Source: Candidatus Poribacteria bacterium (GTDB taxonomy: Bacteria > Poribacteria > WGA-4E > JAJDTR01). From it: DNA of 64,000 nucleotides. Positions 17,926 to 27,861 of the stretch are shown in pieces (position 1 is the stretch's first letter; each line of letters starts with the position of its first letter). The translations under genes and the position numbers were made by a program. The DNA lies in the NCBI GenBank assembly GCA_965222225.1, contig CBDCTK010000002.1, positions 768,001 to 832,000 on the forward strand. The letters run 5' to 3'. The notes below the pieces were generated by a model. The model was not told where the DNA came from and did not search any database. It worked only from the letters and a program-made list of their open reading frames with translations.

Positions 17926-20832
17926 ATGAAGGGATTGTCGATAGGAATACAGCACCGGTTTAGCCTCCGGATTGAAACTCGGTGGGCAGCCCTAACTTTC
18001 ATCCTTCTCTGCATCGTCTGCTTGGAATTTGATCCGCTCAGTTCGCGAAAAGGATGGGCACAAGGGTTCGGGAAGAACAAGGTCACCGATCAACATTTCG
18101 ATTGGTTGATCCATCGGACAGAACACTTTCACATATACTATTATCCTGCGGAGGCACAGCTAGTGCCAATCATGGCGGATATTGCCGAAGAGGCATACGA
18201 AAAACATAGTGAAGACTTCGAACATGAGATTGCAGATCGAACACCGCTTATTCTCTATCAGTCGCACAAAGATTTTCAAGAAACGAACATCATTCTCCAA
18301 GAACTCCATGAGGGCATCGGCGGGTTCGCAGAGATTTTCAAGAGGCGGGTGGTGATTCCATTTACAGGGTCAATGGAAGCGTTTCGCGAGGTAATTTTTC
18401 ATGAGTTGGTTCACATCTTTCAATACGACATTATCTACCAAAAACCAACCGCTCGCATTTATAGCGGCGAATTCCTATATTCCGCACCAATCTGGTTCAT
18501 TGAGGGAAGTGCGGATTATTTCGCCGAAGACAACGATGCTATCGGCGAGATGGTATTGCGAGACGCGAGCGTTCACAATCGGATAGTCCCCCTAGTGCAC
18601 TTGCATAACTTTCGAATCCTTGGGGCGCAAGCTTTTCTAGGCTACAAGATGGGACAACTAGCGATAAAATACTTGGCTGAAACATACGGTCGCGAGAAGG
18701 TTGGGGAGATTATGCAGGAGTTGCGGCAGAGCCGAACCAAAGATTTGAATGAAGCGTTTCAGAATGTGCTGGAAATAAGCCTTGAAGAGTTTGACGAAGA
18801 TTGGCGTCGCACAGTGAAAAAGAAATATTGGCCGATGATTGAGCACCGAGATTTGCCCGACGCCGTGTCCAAGAATTTGACAGAAAAATCACGCTATTCA
18901 CATAACGTAAAACCGGTTTGGTCTCCGAGTGGCGACCTTATCGCGTATGTTACCGGGAATGAAGGTTTTGGCGAAATCGTCCTGATGTCCGCGAAGACGG
19001 GCGAGAGGATGGATAGAATTAGCAATCAATTTTTCGGAAGCAAATATGAAGAGATTCGTAGCGATGGACGAGCGCTTGCTTGGTCGCCGGATGGCAATCG
19101 TATCGCATTCATCGGAAAACATCGCGGCTCCGATTACTTTCTTGAGATAAACATCCTAAACAAACGGTTAACGCGTCGCATCAAGCTGGACTTTGACGCA
19201 GCTTCTTCACCCTCCTATGACGGTAGCGGCGAGCGGGTGGTTTTTTCTGCCATGAAGGACACACAGGCAGATCTTTACATCCTTGAATGTGCTACGGGTG
19301 AAATGGTTCCCTTGACGAACGATCGCTTTAACGATACGCATCCGGCTTGGAATCCAACACGTGAAGAGATTATCTATTCGTCTGAACGGGAAGGAAAGTC
19401 CAAGCTAATCGTCATTGATGTTATCCGACGGACACAACGGCAACTGACCCATGACAACTATGGCTCTGTAAGTCCAAATTGGTCGCCAAGCGGAGAGGAG
19501 GTCATCTTCTGCACCGACATACGAGGTGTATATGACATTTATACGATAAAGTCTGACGGTACGGAGCTTACTCGGTGGACCAACATTATGACGGGTTGTT
19601 TCAATCCCAGTTTCTCGCCGGACCGTAAGAGTATTGTGTTCGCGGCATATCAGAATGGCAAACAAGATATCTATCTCATGGAAACAGATAAAGCAATCAA
19701 TGAGAAGATAGATATGCCTCCAGTGGAATTGCGTCCTGTAGCTCTAGAAGCCAATGAAGAGCGAGAACATCGGATTTCCAGAAGAAAATACGGTCCCAAA
19801 GTTGCTCTGGATGCGATATTTACAGATTTTAACTTGGGTGCGGATGGCCTTCTGCGTAATACGACGGAGCTTATTGCCAGTGATATGATGGGAAATCATC
19901 GCTTGGGCTTGAGTGTGGCGAATCAATCGGGTTTTGTCGCGCCCGATTTCATTGCGCGCTACGGGTATCTTTCACGCCGTGCCGATATTGGCGCGGCAAT
20001 ATTCAATTACCATCAATATCATGTGTTGGGCTCGACGCGCAATCGAAGGGGTTTGCTGCAACGAACCACCGGGTTGATGGGTTATTTCAGCTATCCTTTT
20101 AATCGCTACAGGCGTATTGATTTTCAGACTTTGTTCTATTCCACGCCGTTCACTTACAACTTCGAGACCAATCGTACCTTCGACGACGGTCGTGGATTTC
20201 TTATGCTCGGCACAGTTTCTTTCGTGAACGACACCACAAGGTGGAGGGAATTCGGTCCGCATACCGGCGCACGTTACCGGTTCGCTCTTGAAAAATCATT
20301 TCGCGACCTTGGCAGCGACTTAGATCTTATCAATGTCATTTTCGATGGACGGCGGTATTTCAAACTGGGGAGACGATCGACATTGGCAACACGCCTATTC
20401 TTGGGGGGCAGTTTTGGTGAGGATCAATCTCTGCTCTATCTTGGCGGTATTGATTCTCTCCGAGGCTACCGATATGAGGAGCTTGTTGGCACGCGCATGG
20501 GATTACTCAATTTTGAAGTGCGCATCCCGTTCATTGACGAACTGCGTTTCGGTTGGCCTTTCGCATGGGCGATCGGTGGCATTCGAGGAATCATATTTGC
20601 GGATTTTGGTACTGTTTGGTCGGATAACGAATTCAATTCCGAGAATAGATATCACGTTTTACGACGTGACGGGAATTGGTACCGTCTTGACGATGTAAAA
20701 GGAACGATTGGCATCGGACTACGTCTGCAACTGGGTTTGTTTTCACTGGATCTCGCCGCAGCACGGCGTACAGACTTGGCAAGTGTAAATCCGGAAGTTA
20801 GGTACCACTTCGGATTGGGCCGAGCGTTTTAA
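17926..20832 (+). CDS. Omp85/BamA-family outer membrane protein with N-terminal zincin-like domain and PD40 beta-propeller
   Basis: HELVH plus WFIEGSADY; repeated PxWSPxG; barrel motifs LGGIDSLRGY, FADFG; C-terminal FGLGRAF. Confidence 0.88.
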   Translation: MKGLSIGIQHRFSLRIETRWAALTFILLCIVCLEFDPLSSRKGWAQGFGKNKVTDQHFDWLIHRTEHFHIYYYPAEAQLVPIMADIAEEAYEKHSEDFEHEIADRTPLILYQSHKDFQETNIILQELHEGIGGFAEIFKRRVVIPFTGSMEAFREVIFHELVHIFQYDIIYQKPTARIYSGEFLYSAPIWFIEGSADYFAEDNDAIGEMVLRDASVHNRIVPLVHLHNFRILGAQAFLGYKMGQLAIKYLAETYGREKVGEIMQELRQSRTKDLNEAFQNVLEISLEEFDEDWRRTVKKKYWPMIEHRDLPDAVSKNLTEKSRYSHNVKPVWSPSGDLIAYVTGNEGFGEIVLMSAKTGERMDRISNQFFGSKYEEIRSDGRALAWSPDGNRIAFIGKHRGSDYFLEINILNKRLTRRIKLDFDAASSPSYDGSGERVVFSAMKDTQADLYILECATGEMVPLTNDRFNDTHPAWNPTREEIIYSSEREGKSKLIVIDVIRRTQRQLTHDNYGSVSPNWSPSGEEVIFCTDIRGVYDIYTIKSDGTELTRWTNIMTGCFNPSFSPDRKSIVFAAYQNGKQDIYLMETDKAINEKIDMPPVELRPVALEANEEREHRISRRKYGPKVALDAIFTDFNLGADGLLRNTTELIASDMMGNHRLGLSVANQSGFVAPDFIARYGYLSRRADIGAAIFNYHQYHVLGSTRNRRGLLQRTTGLMGYFSYPFNRYRRIDFQTLFYSTPFTYNFETNRTFDDGRGFLMLGTVSFVNDTTRWREFGPHTGARYRFALEKSFRDLGSDLDLINVIFDGRRYFKLGRRSTLATRLFLGGSFGEDQSLLYLGGIDSLRGYRYEELVGTRMGLLNFEVRIPFIDELRFGWPFAWAIGGIRGIIFADFGTVWSDNEFNSENRYHVLRRDGNWYRLDDVKGTIGIGLRLQLGLFSLDLAAARRTDLASVNPEVRYHFGLGRAF

Positions 20833-20884
20833 GACTTAAAGATTGAACAGCCCGTTTCAATCTTCAGCTCAAGAAAGGAAAAAT

Positions 20885-23800
20885 ATGGATTCACGTTACA
20901 ATCGATTGATTGTTCTCATTGCCATACTCGCTGCAATTGGCGTGTTGGTTGCCATCTTTGTGAAAATCTATCCAGACCTACTATGGTTTGGTGTTGTAGG
21001 TTATGGCTCGGTATACAAGAAGATTCTGCTTACAAAAGTGTTCTTAGGGGTTGGTATTGGCAGTTTCTTTCTTTTTGTTACTTTGCTTAACGTCTATCTG
21101 TTGTATCGCTTAACTCCTAGTCGGCTTAGCCGGACGGTTATGGAGAGTATTCCGATAAGAGGAGAGGCTGATTTCGATCTGCGTCGGCTAATCTATGGCG
21201 TATTAACACTCTTGGCGATAGGGTTTAGCCTCCTGATGGGCTATGCGGCGACAGATCGATGGGAGCCTTTTCTGCGGTATTCAAATGCCGAGGGACTCAC
21301 TTTTCAGAATGCCACGCGGCTCGTTGAACCGGTTAGCCGTGATGCTACCGAGTTACACATTGCCGAACTGGAACTAAAAGCCAAAGGCATGCGAGTTGGG
21401 GACTCGGTTGTGATTCAAGATACAGGCGGAAAGGCGACTGCAAGCATCCAATCCATTCAGGTTCAAGGCGATGGCGTTGCAAAAATCCAATTGGAGAGCC
21501 CCGTAGGATTCGATGTAACGACAAATGCGACGCTGATGGCAGCAGCACGCGATCCGATTTTTCAGAAGGATGTCAGCTATTATGTTTTCAGGATGCCCCT
21601 TGAACGCTTCATCATTGGGAATCTGTTTGGATTGTTCATGTTGTTGACCTTCTTTTCTGTCGCCATTTACTTTTTTCACGGTCTGCTCATCGGCGATAAC
21701 AATCGTCTTGCCCCGCCGCCCCGGGTTAAAGTTCATCTCCTGACACTTGGTGCATTGACACTGATATTTCGCGGCTTGAACTATCGTTTTGCAATGTATG
21801 ATTTGCTCTACACGACGAATGATGTTGTGCGCGGTGGTGGTGGATACGCCGCAATACACGCCCGCCTACCGCTATTGAAAATCCTCTTGGTACTTTCACT
21901 CATTTGCGCCGGGATTTTTCTGGTTAGCATTTTCCTAAAGCGACTCAGATATGCTTTCGGAGCGTTTGGAATCTTTCTGCTCGTCGGTCTGATTGGACAA
22001 GTCTATCCGACTGTAGTGCAGAAATGGCGCGTTGAACCGAACAAACAGGAACTTGAGACAGAATACATCAACTACAATATCAAGGCAACACTGCATAGCT
22101 ACCATCTGGAAGAGAATAGGGTTACGGAAGAGGAATATCCCTTGACTGGTGAACTCTCGTACGAAAGCGTTAGAAATCAGGAAAACGCCGCGGTAATGAA
22201 CAGTATTCGACTTTGGGATGAACGCCCCATCCAGCGGACTTTCCGACAGTTGCAGGAATTGCGCTCACAATACGATTTTCATAGCGTGGACATTGATCGG
22301 TACTCAGTAGACGGTTCGCCGCGTCAAGTAATGTTATCCGTACGAGAATTGAACATAAACGAACTTCCGCACGCCGTTCGGAACGATTGGTTTAAGCGCA
22401 CCTATGTATTCACCCATGGATATGGGGCTGTGATGAGTCCCGTTAACGAGATTCTTGATGGAAAACCGAAAATGTATGTTGGGGATATAGATCCGATTGA
22501 CTATGAGCCCGAGTGGGATTATCGATTCGGTGAAAACCCGGGACCTCGGATCTACTATGGAGAACGCACGAATCATTATATTATCGTGCATCCGGGACGT
22601 AAGGAAGAGTTGGAATTTGATTACCCGACATCATTTGGTGAAGATTTTGCCAAGTATGCGTACCAAGGAATGGGAGGTGTTGAACTCTCCTCCTTTTGGC
22701 GCAGGTTTGTATATATGCTGAAGTTTGGTAATGAGTTCAAGTTCGTTCTTCCGGGGGCGATTGAGTCCAATAGTCGCGTACTCTATCATCGCAACATCAA
22801 GGAGCGAGTCAAAAAAATTGCGCCTTTCCTTCAGTATGATGGCGACCCATATGCAATCGTCCATGACGGCAAATTGGTCTGGATGCTTGATGCCTATACG
22901 ACCACACATCGGTATCCGTATTCGGCGCCGATGCAACATGCATTACGCGCCGAAATTGCCGAACAGCGCGGCAGACGTGCTGCCGGTCGGATTCAAGGCG
23001 GTGAAAAACCCTGGGGGAATTACATCCGCAATGCAGTAAAGGTTGTGGTTGATGCTTATGACGGCAGCATAGAATTTTATGTCATGGAGCGGGAAAAAGA
23101 TCCGATTGTCACATGTTATCGCAGTATTTTTCCTGATTTGTTCAAGCCTTTTGACATGATGTCAGACGCACTCAAAAGACATATCCGCTACCCGACCACA
23201 ATGTTTCTCATTCAGGCGCGGATGTATCAGGATTATCACATGAAGGATCCGATCACATTCTACGCAAGCGAGGATCAGTGGGAAATTGGGAAGGAACTTT
23301 ACGACAATACGGAACGTCAACGTCCTCCGCAGGCTCAGATGCCATCAAGCCCGTTCGCCCCGCGTCAGCCAAGCTTGCCTGAAACTATCACGAATGTTCA
23401 GGAGGTGGCGCCCTATTATGTAATTATCAAGTTGCCGGGCGAGGAACGGGCTGAATTCATGCTTATGTTGCCGTTTACACCCAAGAACAAACCTAACCTA
23501 ACGGCTTGGTTCGCGGCCCGATGCGACCTTCCACAATACGGACAACTGTTAGTTTATCGGTTTCCGAAGGGAAAACTCGCGCCCGGACCAATGCAAGTCG
23601 AGAACTTCATTAGCCAAGAACCTGAAATCTCCCAGCAGATTTCATTGTGGGACAGTCAGGGTTCACGCGTGCTCCGTGGTAATCTGCTGATTATCCCGAT
23701 GAATGAATCTATCCTCTATGTAGAACCCATCTATATCCAGGCGGAGGATGCCGCAACGGCGATTCCCGAGTTACGGAGGGTGGTCATAGGGTACAAGGAG

Positions 23801-24097
23801 AAGGTGGCTTGGGGAAAGACCCTTGATGAAGCGCTGATTAACATATTCGGAAAAAGTCTGGCGTCTGCTATAGGTGGTTCCGTCACATCTGAGGATGGCT
23901 CCAACATCATGCGTGTAGACGTGCCAACGTCTAGTAAGACATCCGCTCGCGATTTAGTAAACTCGGCGAGCCAACACTTTGAATCGGCGCAGAAGGCTCT
24001 ACGCGATGGAAATTGGTCGGAGTATGGCAGACATCTGAATCTATTGGAGCAGACTTTGAAGCAACTGGAAGCGAATACACAGAAAGGAGGTGAATAG
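20885..24097 (+). CDS. UPF0182 family membrane protein
   Basis: DLLWF..GY, DPIF..D.SYYVF..P, IRLWD, DIDRY, THGYG, PRIYYGE, DGDPY, NYIRN.VKVVVDAYDG, RGNLL..P..ILYVEPIY. Confidence 0.93.
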   Translation: MDSRYNRLIVLIAILAAIGVLVAIFVKIYPDLLWFGVVGYGSVYKKILLTKVFLGVGIGSFFLFVTLLNVYLLYRLTPSRLSRTVMESIPIRGEADFDLRRLIYGVLTLLAIGFSLLMGYAATDRWEPFLRYSNAEGLTFQNATRLVEPVSRDATELHIAELELKAKGMRVGDSVVIQDTGGKATASIQSIQVQGDGVAKIQLESPVGFDVTTNATLMAAARDPIFQKDVSYYVFRMPLERFIIGNLFGLFMLLTFFSVAIYFFHGLLIGDNNRLAPPPRVKVHLLTLGALTLIFRGLNYRFAMYDLLYTTNDVVRGGGGYAAIHARLPLLKILLVLSLICAGIFLVSIFLKRLRYAFGAFGIFLLVGLIGQVYPTVVQKWRVEPNKQELETEYINYNIKATLHSYHLEENRVTEEEYPLTGELSYESVRNQENAAVMNSIRLWDERPIQRTFRQLQELRSQYDFHSVDIDRYSVDGSPRQVMLSVRELNINELPHAVRNDWFKRTYVFTHGYGAVMSPVNEILDGKPKMYVGDIDPIDYEPEWDYRFGENPGPRIYYGERTNHYIIVHPGRKEELEFDYPTSFGEDFAKYAYQGMGGVELSSFWRRFVYMLKFGNEFKFVLPGAIESNSRVLYHRNIKERVKKIAPFLQYDGDPYAIVHDGKLVWMLDAYTTTHRYPYSAPMQHALRAEIAEQRGRRAAGRIQGGEKPWGNYIRNAVKVVVDAYDGSIEFYVMEREKDPIVTCYRSIFPDLFKPFDMMSDALKRHIRYPTTMFLIQARMYQDYHMKDPITFYASEDQWEIGKELYDNTERQRPPQAQMPSSPFAPRQPSLPETITNVQEVAPYYVIIKLPGEERAEFMLMLPFTPKNKPNLTAWFAARCDLPQYGQLLVYRFPKGKLAPGPMQVENFISQEPEISQQISLWDSQGSRVLRGNLLIIPMNESILYVEPIYIQAEDAATAIPELRRVVIGYKEKVAWGKTLDEALINIFGKSLASAIGGSVTSEDGSNIMRVDVPTSSKTSARDLVNSASQHFESAQKALRDGNWSEYGRHLNLLEQTLKQLEANTQKGGE

Positions 24098-24098
24098 A

Positions 24099-24380
24099 AT
24101 GGGATTGGATTGGAAACCACGCCATCGGGATACGCTTATCGGAGACATTTCTTGGTTGGCACGAATTACTGACAAGGCAAACGCCAAGTTAGCCGGTACA
24201 ATCGGTGATTACATTTACCCGTGACCGGCAGACAAAAAGTTCCTGGAGGAACACAAGATAAGTGCTGAAGCATTCGTTGAGATGGTGAAGAAAAATCCTT
24301 CGGACGTTGAAATGATTGCAGCGATGAAGTCGCTCAACAAGCCATCAAAGAAGGGCAAGTCGAAGAGCCGTAAATCCTGA
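24099..24380 (+). CDS. DUF5069-like small protein, probable selenoprotein (UGA at codon 42)
   Basis: AAGGAGGTGA SD; MGLDWKPRHRDTLIGDISWLARITDKANAKLAGTIGDYIYP-UGA-PADKKFLEEHKISAEAFVEMV; frame stays open 51 more codons; hairpin just downstream of the UGA. Confidence 0.72.
24239..24252 (+). promoter_or_regulatory. Candidate bacterial SECIS apical stem-loop
   Basis: GTTCC-TGGA-GGAAC; loop G lies 21 nt after UGA 24222-24224. Confidence 0.55.
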
Positions 24381-24528
24381 TGAGACAGCCGTAATGCGTG
24401 AAAGCTTACCATGCGGGTCCAATGAATAAAATCAAGTCGTTTATCATTCACTCGACTAAACTAGTATCGGGTTTTATCCCTCATGATTCATGCATTACGT
24501 CTCTCCTATTCTATGGGAGATTCTATTA

Positions 24529-25614
24529 TTGGAATTAGAAACTTTCCGAGATCAGTTGGATGAGATTGACAATCGGATATTGCTCCTGCTGCACAATCGC
24601 GCCGAGGTGGTACGTAAAGTTGGGCAACTCAAAGCGAAAGCAGGCGTGGAAAACGTCTATGTTCCTCACCGAGAGACAGAAATTCTTGCTCGGTTGCGGG
24701 CAACGAATCGCAACTACTTTCCCGCGGATGCATTGGACACAATTTTTTCCGAGATAATTTCCGCATGTCGGTCATTGGAGAGACGTTTACGGGTAGCTTT
24801 TCTAGGTCCCGCAGGGAGTTTCGGTCATGCGGCGGCTCTTCGACATTTTGGTTCGTCGGTTGATTTCACTCCAACAATGGATCAAACCGATGTATTTGTG
24901 GAGGTTGAATCGGGCGGAGCGGATTACGGCGTCGTTGCCATAGAGAACTCATCGAGAGGGACAGTCCGCGACGTATTAGAGATGTTTGAAGTTACGACGT
25001 TACAAATCTGCGCAGAGGTGATTTTGCCGATTGACCAGAACCTACTTTCTAATACTTCAAAGGAGCAAATCACTAAAGTTTATTCGCACCCACAGCCGTT
25101 TGCGCAATGCCGAGAGTGGTTGCGCCAAAATCTAAGGGGTGTGCGGCAGATTGAAGTCGCAAGCACATCGGAAGCCGCACACTTGGCGGCGGCAGAGGAA
25201 GACGCCGCGGCTATAGCCAGCAGGCTCGCCGCTGAAATCTATGGCTTGCGAATTGTCGATGAGTCAATCATGGACAGTTCGAACAATATAACGCGCTTCC
25301 TCGTGATTGGACGACATACTGCGAAGAGAAGCGGTCAAGATCGTACGTCAGTTTTTATTGCCATCCAAGACAGAGTTGGCGCTCTTTACGAAGTGTTGAC
25401 GGTTCTACAGAAGCACCAAATTAATATGAGCAAGATTGAATCAATGCCAGCCCAGACAAAGCCGTGGGAGTACGTGTTTTACGTCGATTTGGATGGACAT
25501 ATCGAAGATGTTAACGTACAGGCAGCGCTGCCAGAGCTTGAAGCATTGTGCATGCATGTCAAGCTGCTAGGTTCCTATGCCCGTGGCGCATCGCCACAGG
25601 ACAAATCGACCTAG
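24529..25614 (+). CDS. pheA: Chorismate mutase / prephenate dehydratase (P-protein)
   Basis: CM R..LDEID..IL.LL..RA; VAFLGPAGSF; YSHPQPFAQC; NITRF; ACT domain with IESMP..WEYVFYVD. Likely TTG start at 24529. Confidence 0.95.
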   Translation: MELETFRDQLDEIDNRILLLLHNRAEVVRKVGQLKAKAGVENVYVPHRETEILARLRATNRNYFPADALDTIFSEIISACRSLERRLRVAFLGPAGSFGHAAALRHFGSSVDFTPTMDQTDVFVEVESGGADYGVVAIENSSRGTVRDVLEMFEVTTLQICAEVILPIDQNLLSNTSKEQITKVYSHPQPFAQCREWLRQNLRGVRQIEVASTSEAAHLAAAEEDAAAIASRLAAEIYGLRIVDESIMDSSNNITRFLVIGRHTAKRSGQDRTSVFIAIQDRVGALYEVLTVLQKHQINMSKIESMPAQTKPWEYVFYVDLDGHIEDVNVQAALPELEALCMHVKLLGSYARGASPQDKST

Positions 25615-26541
25615 TTTAAGAGGGTAAAAACCTCCACCTGCACTAACGGTCCATGAACGACAGAAGTGTCGGGAGGCCCGGAGACCTCCGGCCCGGTCGT
25701 GTCGCGCCGATTCGACAAAGCCTACATTTTCCAAATTCTAGCCCCATAGATTTTACCCTTGCCAAAATCATTACTATGCTTAGACATTGTAAAACCGCGC
25801 TGCAAGCGCAATCGCGTTTACTAAACTGTGTGTGATTATCGACGGAATCAGCGAGCGCGTGCGATGAAACAGCAGTGCTACAACCACGCCAAAAACAAAC
25901 GATGGAATAAACTGAATCACTCCTCCGTGAAAAATAGCATAGAAAAGGGCACTTAATGTGATACCTGCAGAATAACCAAATCGACGGGCGAAAGCGGAAT
26001 ATCCAATTCCTCTATAAAATACTTCGTAAGCAATTGGCGAAAGAACTATTGAAACGAAAGCGATAAGAATTATCGAAGCATCGAAATCTTCGGGCAGGTA
26101 CGCGGATTCTTGGTCGCGTTCCCATTGAACAAGGTTTTCCAAGGATGCAAAGGAGGTCCAACGACTAACTTGTAATATGACGTGGACGGTAGATTCAGAG
26201 AAGAGGAATAGCAGCGGCGCAAGCACCAATGGAAGGGCGATTTGGCGATAACTAAACGTGAATTGAAGACCAATCGAGTTGAGGCGTCCGAGATACCGGG
26301 CCGTGATACAGTGGAAACACAACCAAATGAGCGCATTTGCCGCAATGAGCTCAATGGTCCAAAATTGAGAAGGTGAGAGCGTTGTGATATCAACTACTTC
26401 AGTAAGTAGGTCCGATCCATCTCTAATCAGAAATATGATATAGAGACATAACCTGTGAACTAGGAGTGCAGCCAAAGAAATGACCATTACGTCTGACGGT
26501 TCAGGATATCCATGTAGCCGTAGAACAGTTTCCTCTCTAGT

Positions 26542-27585
26542 TAGGAGTTACGCAGTTGGCTGAAGCGTATAAAGAGGTTGTGCCAAATAAGCCCGTACCG
26601 CATCTCTGACAATAGAGAGTTTTGCATCAAACCAACTGATACCGGTATGATAGCAATAGTGCTCAATTCTCAGAAAGGCTCTCAGCGCTAAACCGATATG
26701 ATTTCTTTGAGTGCGAGCAGAGCGCACTTGTGCGCGTTCAATGCCAACAAATTGCTTAATCCCGCGATGATATTCTTCTATTGTCCAAGACCATTCGGCA
26801 TATTTGAGACGCGTCAATTCGTCCATCTGTAAATCATTCGTTGCCCAATATTCAATGTCACCTTCTGGAGTGTCAACCTTAAATACTCGAATCAATCCAT
26901 AGCCTTTGAGATGGACAATTGTACCTGTTGATTCACTCGGAAGCGTACTCACCGGACGGTTACCGGAATAATCTTTACTGACAAGTCGGTTGGCAGCTAG
27001 ACGAGTAAGCCACTTCCAACCATGACCTCGCACCGCTTTTAGATTCTTTAGACTGGCATACCAACTATCAAAACACACACATTCAGGAGCAAAACCGCGT
27101 GTTTTCGCTTCTTCAAGCATGGCGCGGAAATGCTCATTCTTCGTCAAGCCGTCTTTGGCTTTATCATAGATTCGATAATCACACGGAATATGTCTATCGC
27201 CATCCGTCCAGAGCAAAGTGACCAAGTTAATCCCATTCACAACTCGGTGGTGTTTCCCTGACCAGTGTTTTGTCACGAGTTCAATCTTTTGTGAATAAGG
27301 TTTATCCAGAGTCGAGTCATCTATAACTAAAATTCCGGATTCTAATTTCACCTGATTTCTCGATTCTTGCCGCAGTTTGCCAGTATCGGGTTCCTCTCGA
27401 TGCAAGAGCCGTGTTATCGAATCGTGAGCCGGAGGATTATCAGCTTGGGGTTGAACTTTTTCCGATTCAAGACAACTGTAACTTTTCTGAGCGGCTACCA
27501 AGAAATCAATATAGTCAGTGTCAGTATATTTAGGGGGATTCATACTCAAATTATAACCTATTTTCACTCAACTGCGTAACTCCTA
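26542..27585 (-). mobile_element. IS701 family insertion sequence
   Basis: Perfect 17-bp IR TAGGAGTTACGCAGTTG; flanking direct repeat TCTAGT (core CTAG). Confidence 0.92.
26548..27567 (-). CDS. IS701 family transposase
   Basis: HDSITRLL, LVIDDSTLDKPY, FDSWYAS..NLK, WTIEEYHRGIKQ (DDE). Confidence 0.93.
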   Translation of the reverse strand: MKIGYNLSMNPPKYTDTDYIDFLVAAQKSYSCLESEKVQPQADNPPAHDSITRLLHREEPDTGKLRQESRNQVKLESGILVIDDSTLDKPYSQKIELVTKHWSGKHHRVVNGINLVTLLWTDGDRHIPCDYRIYDKAKDGLTKNEHFRAMLEEAKTRGFAPECVCFDSWYASLKNLKAVRGHGWKWLTRLAANRLVSKDYSGNRPVSTLPSESTGTIVHLKGYGLIRVFKVDTPEGDIEYWATNDLQMDELTRLKYAEWSWTIEEYHRGIKQFVGIERAQVRSARTQRNHIGLALRAFLRIEHYCYHTGISWFDAKLSIVRDAVRAYLAQPLYTLQPTA

Positions 27586-27861
27586 TCTAGTATAAAGTCG
27601 TTCGCAATGCCTACACCTGCGAGTCGAATCCGTATTGGCGCTGGTACATGCCGGGCAATACCAAATCAACTTTGGTTCAATTCGCCAGAAGTATATAGGA
27701 AAGAACGCCTCTGGCATAAGAGCCGTTCCGAGAGCCCAATACAATGATTGACCCCGAAGTTTTGCATCCTTGTACACCCAAAACGCCGAACCAACGTGAA
27801 TTATCCCAAGTAGGAAAAATAGGTATATCTGTTGTGCTAGCAAGCAGGGACCCCTTCCAAT

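Larger units (their letters stand above)
25780..27843 (-). pseudogene. Zinc-ribbon + CPBP (CAAX/Abi) intramembrane protease gene interrupted by IS701
   Basis: Removing the IS and one duplication joins ..CRHCERLYTR-EETVLRLHGYPEPSDV-MVISLA in frame; motifs YEVFYRG, FYAIFH, HSLVN; CPAC..CRHC. Confidence 0.85.

Noticed and set aside
24222-24224. Genome-wide UGA reassignment as the explanation for the in-frame UGA
   Set aside because: TGA ends conserved genes at their normal C-termini (glpK, def, rpe, gspF)
25668-25692. GGAGG..CCTCC hairpin between convergent genes
   Set aside because: No U-tract and no clear second copy; cannot call it a terminator or a REP
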